DNA from: Eledone cirrhosa
Taxonomy: Eukaryota
Direction of reading: 5' to 3'
Assembly (NCBI GenBank): GCA_964016885.1
Contig: OZ024741.1
Location: 9,920,001 to 9,984,000 of the forward strand
DNA: 64,000 nt
Shown here: piece by piece, positions 52,521 to 64,000 of the stretch
How positions within the stretch are numbered: position 1 is the first letter of the stretch
Layout of the letters: each line of letters starts with the position of its first letter
The notes under the pieces: model-generated
What the model was told of the DNA's origin: nothing
The model's input: the letters and a program-made list of their open reading frames with translations, nothing else
Database searches by the model: none
Translations under genes and position numbers: made by a program

Positions 52521-52604
52521 GCTAAAGAAAAATCTCAACAAACAAATATTGATATTTTAGCTTTTGCTTTTCCTATCTTGATAAAATACGTTTTTAAATA
52601 CTGG

Positions 52605-55600
52605 CACATCATCAACACCACCACTACCACTGCAACCACCAACACTATCACCACAATTAACACTACAACCACCAAAACTATGACCGCCACTATTACAACA
52701 ACCACCAACACTATCACCACCATTACCACTGCAACCACCAACAATATCATCACCACTATCACTACAACCACCAACACTATCACCACCATTACCACTACGA
52801 CCACCAACACTATCACCACCATTACCACTACAACCACCAACACTATCACCACCACTACCACTACTACCACCAAAACTATCACCACCACTACCACTACAAC
52901 CACCAACACTATCACCACCATTACCACTGCAACCACCAACACTATCACCTCCATTACCACTACAATCACCAACAATATCATCACCACTATCACTACAACC
53001 ACCAACACTATCATCAACACTACAACTACAACCACCAATACTATCATCACAATTATCACTACTACCAAAAATACTATCACCACCATACCACTACAACCAC
53101 CAACACTATCACCACCGTTACCACTACAACCAACAACACAATCACCTCCATTACCACTACAACCACCAACACTATCACCACCATTACCACTACAACCAAC
53201 AACACAATCACCTCCATTACCACTACAACCACCAACATTATCACCACCGTTACCACTACAACCACCAACACTATCATAACCACTACCACTACAACCACCA
53301 ACACTATCATCACCATTACCACTACTACTACCAACACTATCACCACCATTACCACTACAACCACCAAACTATCACCACCATTACCACTACAACCACCAAC
53401 ACTATCACCAACACTACCACTACTACCACCAACACTATCACCACCATTACTACTACAACCACCAACACTATCACCACCATTACCACTACAACCACCAAAC
53501 TATCACCACCATTACCACTACAACCAACAACACAATCACCCCCATTACCACTACTACCACCAACACTATCACCACCATTACCACTACAACCACCAACACT
53601 ATCACCAACACTACCACTACTACCACCAACACTATCACCACCATTACTACTACAACCACCAACACTATCACCAACACTGCCACTACTACAACCAACACTA
53701 TCACTACCACTACCACTACAACCACCAACACTATCACCACCATTACCACTACAACCACCAACACTATCACCACCACTACCACTACTACCACCAACACTAT
53801 CACCAACACTACCACTACTACCACCAACACTATCACCACCATTACCACTACAACCACCAACACTATCACCAACACTACCACTACTACCACCAACACTATC
53901 ACCACCATTACCACTACAACGACCAACACTATCACCAACACTACCACTACTACCACCAACACTATCACTACCACTACCACTACTACCACCAACACTATCA
54001 CCACCATTACCACTACAACGACCAACACTATCACCAACACTACCACTACAACCACCAACACTATCACCAACACTACCACTAGTACCACCAACACTACCAC
54101 TACTACCACCAACACTATCACCTCCATTACCACTACTACCACCAACACTATCACCTCCATTACCACTACAACCACCAACACTATCACCACCATTACCACT
54201 ACAACCACCAACACTATCACCACCATTACCACTACAACCAACAACACAGTCACCTCCATTACCACTACTACCACCAACACAATCACCTCCATTACCACTA
54301 CTACCACCAACACTATCACCCCCATTACCACTACAACCACCAACACTATCACCACCATTACCACTACAACCACCAACACTATCACCACCATTACCACTAC
54401 AACCACCAACACTATCACCAACACTACCACTACTACCACCAACACTATCACCAACACTACCACTACGACCACCAACACTATCACCACCATTACCACTGCA
54501 ACCACCAAAACTATCACCACCACTACCACTACAATCACCAACAATATCATCACCACTACCACTACAACCACCAACACTATCATCACCATTACCACTACAA
54601 CCACCAACACTATCACCACCACTACCACTACTACCACCAACACTATCACCAACACTACCACTACTACCACCAACACTATCACCACCATTACCACTACAAC
54701 CACCAACACTATCACCAACACTACCACTACTACCACCAACACTATCACCACCATTACCACTACAACCACCAACACAACCACTACTACCACCAACACTATC
54801 ACTACCACTACCACTACTACCACCAACACTATCACCCCCATTACCACTACTACCACCAACACTATCACCACCATTACCACTACAACCACCAACACTACCA
54901 CTACTACCACCAACACTATCACCACCATTACCACTACAACCACCTACACTATCACCAACACTACCACTACTACCACCAACACTATCACCACCATTACCAC
55001 TACAACCAACAACACGATCACCACTATTACCACTACTACCACCAACACTATCACCAACACTACCACTACAACCAACAACACGATCACCACCATTACCACT
55101 ACTACCACCAACACTATCACCAACACTACCACTACTACCACCAACACAATCACCACCATTACCTCTACAACCCCCAACACTATCACCAACACTGCCACTA
55201 CTACCACCAACACTATCACTACCACTACCACTACAACCACCAACACTATCACCACCATTACCACTACAACCACCAACACTATCACCACCACTACCACTAC
55301 TACCACCAACACTATCACCAACACTAACACTACTACCACCAACAATATCACCACCATTACCACTACAACCACCAACATTATCACCAACACTACCACTACT
55401 ACCACCAACACTATCACCACCATTACCACTACAACCACCAACACAACCACTACTACCACCAACACTATCACTACCACTACCACTACTACCACCAACACTA
55501 TCACCACCATTACCACTACTACCACCAACACTATCACCACCATTACCACTACAACCACCAACACTATCACCAACACTACCACTACTACCACCAACACTAT

Positions 55601-58600
55601 CACTACCACAACCACTACTACCACCAACACTATCACCACCATTACCACTACTACCACCAACACTATCACCTCCATTACCACTACAACCACCAACATTATC
55701 ACCACCATTACCACTACAACCACCAAAACTATCACCAACACGACCACTACTACCACCAACACTATCACCACCATTACCACTACAACCAACAACACGATCA
55801 CCACCATTACCACTACTACCACCAACACTATCACCAACACTACCACTACTACCACCAACACTATCACTACCACTGCCACTACTACCACCAACACTATCAC
55901 CACCATTACCACTACTACCACCAACACTATCACCTCCATTACCACTACAACCACCAACATTATCACCACCATTACCACTACAACCACCAAAACTATCACC
56001 AACACTACCACTACTACCACCAACACTATCACCACCATTACCACTACAACGGCCAACACTATCACCAACACTACCACTACTACCACCAACACTATCACTA
56101 CCACTACCACTACTACCACCAACACTATCACCACCATTACCACTACAACGACCAACACTATCACCAACACTACCACTACAACCACCAACACTATCACCAA
56201 CACTACCACTACTACCACCAACACTATCACCAACACTACCACTACTACCACCAACACTATCACCTCCATTACCACTACTACCACCAACACTATCACCTCC
56301 ATTACAACTACAACCACCAACACTATCACCACCATTACCACTACAACCACCAACACTATCACCACCATTACCACTACAACCAACAACACAATCACCTCCA
56401 TTACCACTACTACCACCAACACTATCACCACCATTACCACTACAACCACCAACACTATCACCACCATTACCACTACAACCACCAACACTATCACCACCAT
56501 TACCACTACAACCAACAACACAATCAACTCCATTACCACTACTACCACCAACACTATCACCACCATTACCACTACAACCACCAACACTATCACCACCATT
56601 ACCACTACAACCACCAACACTATCACCACCATTACCACTACAACCAACAACACAATCACCTCCATTACCACTACTACCACCAACACTATCACCACCATTA
56701 CCACTACAACCAACAACACAATCACCTCCATTACCACTACTACCACCAACACTATCACCACCATTACCACTACAACCACCAAAACTATCAACACCATTAC
56801 CACTACAACCACCAACACTATCACCACCATTACCACTACAACCAACAACACAATCACCTCCATTACCACTACTACCACCAACACTATCACCACCATTACC
56901 ACTACAACCACCAACACTATCACCACCATTACCACTACAACCACCAACACTATCACCACCATTACCACTACAACCACCAACACTATCACCACCATTACCA
57001 CTACAACCAACAACACAATCACCTCCATTACCACTACTACCACCAACACTATCACCACCATTACCACTACAACCACCAACACTATCACCACCATTACCAC
57101 TACAACCACCAACACTATCACCACCATTACCACTACAACCACCAACACTATCTCCTCCATTACCACTACAACCAACAACACAATCACCTCCATTACCACT
57201 ACAACCACCAACACTATCACCACCATTACCACTACAACCACCAACACTATCACCACCATTACCACTACAACCAACAACACAATCACCTCCATTACCACTA
57301 CTACCACCAACACTATCACCTCCATTACAACTACAACCACCAACACTATCACCACCATTACCACTACAACCACCAACACTATCACCACCATTACCACTAC
57401 AACCAACAACACAATCACCTCCATTACCACTACTACCACCAACACTATCACCACCATTACCACTACAACCACCAACACTATCACCACCATTACCACTACA
57501 ACCACCAACACTATCACCACCATTACCACTACAACCAACAACACAATCACCTCCATTACCACTACTACCACCAACACTATCACCACCATTACCACTACAA
57601 CCACCAACACTATCACCACCATTACCACTACAACCACCAACACTATCACCACCATTACCACTACAACCAACAACACAATCACCTCCATTACCACTACTAC
57701 CACCAACACTATCACCACCATTACCACTACAACCACCAACACTATCACCACCATTACCACTACAACCACCAACACTATCACCACCATTACCACTACAACC
57801 AACAACACAATCACCTCCATTACCACTACTACCACCAACACTATCACCACCATTACCACTACAACCAACAACACAATCACCTCCATTACCACTACTACCA
57901 CCAACACTATCACCACCATTACCACTACAACCACCAACACTATCACCACCATTACCACTACAACCACCAACACTATCACCACCATTACCACTACAACCAA
58001 CAACACAATCACCTCCATTACCACTACTACCACCAACACTATCACCACCATTACCACTACAACCACCAACACTATCACCACCATTACCACTACAACCACC
58101 AACACTATCACCACCATTACCACTACAACCACCAACACTATCACCACCATTACCACTACAACCACCAACACAACCACTACTACCACCAACACTATCACTA
58201 CCACTACCACTACTACCACCAACACTATCACCCCCATTACCACTACTACCACCAACACTATCACCACCATTACCACTACAACCACCAACACTATCACCAA
58301 CACTACCACTACTACCACCAACACTATCACCACCATTACCACTACAACCACCTACACTATCACCAACACTACCACTACTACCACCAACACTATCACCACC
58401 ATTACCACTACAACCAACAACACGATCACCACTATTACCACTACTACCACCAACACTATCACCAACACTACCACTACAACCAACAACACGATCACCACCA
58501 TTACCACTACTACCACCAACACTATCACCAACACTACCACTACTACCACCAACACAATCACCACCATTACCTCTACAACCCCCAACACTATCACCAACAC

Positions 58601-61600
58601 TGCCACTACTACCACCAACACTATCACTACCACTACCACTACAACCACCAACACTATCACCACCATTACCACTACAACCACCAACACTATCACCACCACT
58701 ACCACTACTACCACCAACACTATCACCAACACTAACACTACTACCACCAACAATATCACCACCATTACCACTACAACCACCAACATTATCACCAACACTA
58801 CCACTACTACCACCAACACTATCACCACCATTACCACTACAACCACCAACACTATCACCAACACTACCACTACTACCACCAACACTATCACTACCACTAC
58901 CACTACTACCACCAACACTATCACCACCATTACCACTACTACCACCAACACTATCACCTCCATTACCACTACAACCACCAACATTATCACCACCATTACC
59001 ACTACAACCACCAAAACTATCACCAACACGACCACTACTACCACCAACACTATCACCACCATTACCACTACAACCAACAACACGATCACCACCATTACCA
59101 TTACTACCACCAACACTATCACCAACACTACCACTACTACCACCAACACTATCACTACCACTAGCACTACTACCACCAACACTATCACCACCATTACCAC
59201 TACTACCACCAACACTATCACCTCCATTACCACTACAACCACCAACATTATCACCACCATTACAACTACAACCACCAAAACTATCACCAACACTACCACT
59301 ACTACCACCAACACTATCACCACCATTACCACTACAACGACCAACACTATCACCAACACTACCACTACTACCACCAACACTATCACTACCACTACCACTA
59401 CTACCACCAACACTATCACCACCATTACCACTACAACGACCAACACTATCACCAACACTACCACTACAACCACCAACACTATCACCAACACTACCACTAC
59501 TACCACCAACACTATCACCAACACTACCACTACTACCACCAACACTATCACCTCCATTACCACTACTACCACCAACACTATCACCTCCATTACAACTACA
59601 ACCACCAACACTATCACCACCATTACCACTACAACCACCAACACTATCACCACCATTACCACTACAACCAACAACACAATCACCTCCATTACCACTACTA
59701 CCACCAACACTATCACCACCATTACCACTACAACCACCAACACTATCACCACCATTACCACTACAACCACCAACACTATCACCACCATTACCACTACAAC
59801 CAACAACACAATCACCTCCATTACCACTACTACCACCAACACTATCACCACCATTACCACTACAACCACCAACACTATCACCACCATTACCACTACAACC
59901 ACCAACACTATCACCACCATTACCACTACAACCAACAACACAATCACCTCCATTACCACTACTACCACCAACACTATCACCACCATTACCACTACAACCA
60001 CCAACACTATCACCACCATTACCACTACAACCACCAACACTATCACCACCATTACCACTACAACCAAAAACACAATCACCTCCATTACCACTACTACCAC
60101 CAACACTATCACCACCATTACCACTACAACCAACAACACAATCACCTCCATTACCACTACTACCACCAACACTATCACCACCATTACCACTACAACCACC
60201 AACACTATCACCACCATTACCACTACAACCACCAACACTATCACCACCATTACCACTACAACCAACAACACAATCACCTCCATTACCACTACTACCACCA
60301 ACACTATCACCACCATTACCACTACAACCACCAACACTATCACCACCATTACCACTACAACCACCAACACTATCACCACCATTTCCACTACAACCACCAA
60401 CACTATCACCACCATTACCACTACAACCAACAACACAATCACCTCCATTACCACTACTACCACCAACACTATCACCACCATTACCACTACAACCACCAAC
60501 ACTATCACCACCATTACCACTACAACCACCAACACTATCACCACCATTACCACTACAACCACCAACACTATCTCCACCATTACCACTACAACCAACAACA
60601 CAATCACCTCCATTACCACTACAACCACCAACACTATCACCACCATTACCACTACAACCACCAACACTATCACCACCATTACCACTACAACCGACAACAC
60701 AATCACCTCCATTACCACTACTACCACCAACACTATCACCTCCATTACAACTACAACCACCAACACTATCACCACCATTACCACTACAACCACCAACACT
60801 ATCACCACCATTACCACTACAACCAACAACACAATCACCTCCATTACCACTACTACCACCAACACTATCACCACCATTACCACTACAACCACCAACACTA
60901 TCACCACCATTACCACTACAACCACCAACACTATCACCACCATTACCACTACAACCAACAACACAATCACCTCCATTACCACTACTACCACCAACACTAT
61001 CACCACCATTACCACTACAACCACCAACACTATCACCACCATTACCACTACAACCACCAACACTATCACCACCATTACCACTACAACCAACAACACAATC
61101 ACCTCCATTACCACTACTACCACCAACACTATCACCACCATTACCACTACAACCACCAACACTATCACCACTATTACCACTACAACCACCAACACTATCA
61201 CCACCATTACCACTACAACCAACAACACAATCACCTCCATTACCACTACTACCACCAACACTATCACCACCATTACCACTACAACCAACAACACAATCAC
61301 CTCCATTACCACTACTACCACCAACACTATCACCACCATTACAACTACAACCACCAACACTATCACCACCATTACCACTACAACCACCAACACTATCACC
61401 ACCATTACCATACAACCAACAACACAATCACCTCCATTACCACTACTACCACCAACACTATCACCACCATTACCACTACAACCACCAACACTATCACCAC
61501 CATTACCACTACAACCACCAACACTATCACCACCATTACCACTACAACCACCAACACTATCACCACCATTACCACTACAACCAACAACACAATCACCTCC

Positions 61601-64000
61601 ATTACCACTACTACCACCAACACTATCACCACCATTACCACTACAACCACCAACACTATCACCACCATTACTACTACAACCACCAACACTATCACCACCA
61701 TTACCACTACAACCACCAACACTATCACCACCATTACCACTACAACCAACAACACAATCACCTCCATTACCACTACAACCACCAACACTATCACCACCAT
61801 TACCACTACTACCACCAACACTATCAGCACCACTACCACTACAATCACCAACACTATCACCACCATTACCACTACAACCACCAACAATATCACCACCATT
61901 ACCACTACAACCACCAACACTATCACCAACACTACCACTACTACCACCAACACTATCACCAACACTACCACTACGACCACCAACACTATCACCACCATTA
62001 CCACTGCAACCACCAAAACTATCACCACCACTACCACTACAATCACCAACAATATCATCACCACTACCACTACAACCACCAACACTATCATCACCATTAC
62101 CACTACAACCACCAAAACTATCACCAGCACTACCACTACTACCACCAACACTATCACCAACACTACCACTACTACCACCAACACTATCACCACCATTACC
62201 ACTACAACCACCAACACTACCACTACTACCACCAACACAACCACTACTACCACCAACACTATCACTACCACTACCACTACTACCACCAACACTATCACCC
62301 CCATTACCAGTACTACCACCAACACTATCACCACCATTACCACTACAACCACCAACACTATCACCAACACTACCACTACTACCACCAACACTATCACCAC
62401 CATTACCACTACAACCACCTACACTATCACCAACACTACCACTACTACCACCAACATTATCACCACCATTACCACTACAACCAACAACACGATCACCACT
62501 ATTACCACTACTACCACCAACACTATCACCAACACTACCACTACAACCAACAACACGATCACCAGCATTACCACTACTACAACCAACACTATCACCAACA
62601 CTACCAATACTACCACCAACACTATCACCACCATTACCACTACAACCACCAACACTATCACCAACACTGCCACTACTACCATCAACATTATCACTACCAC
62701 TACCACTACAACCACCAACACTATCACCACCATTACCACTACAACCCCCAACACTATCACCACCACTACCACTACTACCACCAACACTATCACCAACACT
62801 AACACTACTACCACCAACACTATCACCACCATTACCACTACAACCACCAACACTATCACCAACACTACCACTACTACCACCAACACTATCACCACCATTA
62901 CCACTACAACCACCAACACTATCACCAACACTACCACTACTACCACCAACACTATCACTACCACTACCACTACTACCACCAACACTATCACCACCATTAC
63001 CACTACTACCACCAACACTATCACCTCCATTACCACTACAACCACCAACATTATCACCCCTATTACCACTACAACCACCAAAACTATCACCAACACGACC
63101 ACTACAACCACCAACACTATCACCTCCATTACTTCTACAACCACCAACACTATTACCAACACTACCACTACGACCACAAACACTATCACCACCATTACCA
63201 CTGCAACCACCAAAACTATCACGACCACTACCACTACAATCACCAACAATATCATCACCACTACCACTACAACCACCAACACTATCATCACCATTACCAC
63301 TAATACCACCAACACTATCACCACCGTTACCAATACAACCACCAACACTATCACCACCATTACCACTACTACCACCAATACTATCATCACCACTACCACT
63401 ACAACCACCAACACTATCATTACCACTACCACTACAACCACCAACACTATCATCACCATTACCACTACTACCACCAACACTATCACCACCATTACCACTA
63501 CAACCACCAACACTATCACCACCATTACAGCTACAACCAACAACACAATCACCTCCATTACCATTACTACCACCAACACTATCACCACCATTACCACTGC
63601 AACCACCAAAACTATCACGACCACTACAATCACCAACAATATCATCACCACTACCACTACAACCACCAACACTATCATCACCATTACCACTACTACCACC
63701 AACACTATCACCACCATTACCAATACAACCACCAACACTATCACCACCATTACCACTACAACCACCAACACTATCATCAACACTACCACTACAACCACCA
63801 ACACTATCATCACCACTACCACTACAACCACCAACACTATCATCACCATTACCACTACTACCACCAACACTATCATCACCATTACCACTACTACCACCAA
63901 CACTATCACCACCATTACCACTACAACCACCAACACTATCACCACCATTACCACTACAACCACCAACACTATCACCATCATTACCACTACAGCCACCGAA
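52605..64000. repeat. 33-bp ACC-rich minisatellite array, over 11 kb, continues beyond right edge
   Basis: Unit ACCACCAACACTATCACCACCATTACCACTACA built from ACN-like triplets. The + strand is almost free of G, and the unit is more degenerate at 52605-53100 and after about 63100. Confidence 0.98.

Noticed and set aside
52535-63996. Poly-Val and Gly/Ser/Cys ORFs as annotated CDS
   Set aside because: These are translations of a triplet-derived minisatellite with no unique domain or supported start or splice context. Kept only as a low-probability finding.

Overview
Gene-free, repeat-saturated animal genomic window, most likely octopus. The host call rests on about 11 copies of a tRNA-derived SINE resembling the common octopus SINE, plus dense (TA)n/(CA)n microsatellites. 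About 49 kb of the 64 kb is three large tandem arrays: a 65-bp satellite (1-18813, open at the left edge), a 40-bp satellite (30464-49170) and a 33-bp ACC-rich minisatellite (52605-64000, open at the right edge). The giant ORFs in the track are by-products of these arrays. The spacers (18.8-30.4 kb and 49.2-52.6 kb) hold decayed mobile DNA: RTE-clade LINE fragments, three CRE-clade endonuclease tails, SINE clusters, a piggyBac-like MITE, a probable non-autonomous Helitron, and microsatellite-flanked fold-back elements, one carrying a Penelope-type hammerhead ribozyme motif. No host protein-coding exon, tRNA, rRNA or CRISPR array is supported, and I found no convincing new multi-gene system. 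The best leads are the hammerhead fold-back, the 18.7-kb satellite that seems to have grown inside a CRE retrotransposon 3' UTR, SINEs inserting into each other's tails, and a filled/empty MITE site pair. Family assignments come from recalled consensus motifs, not database searches.
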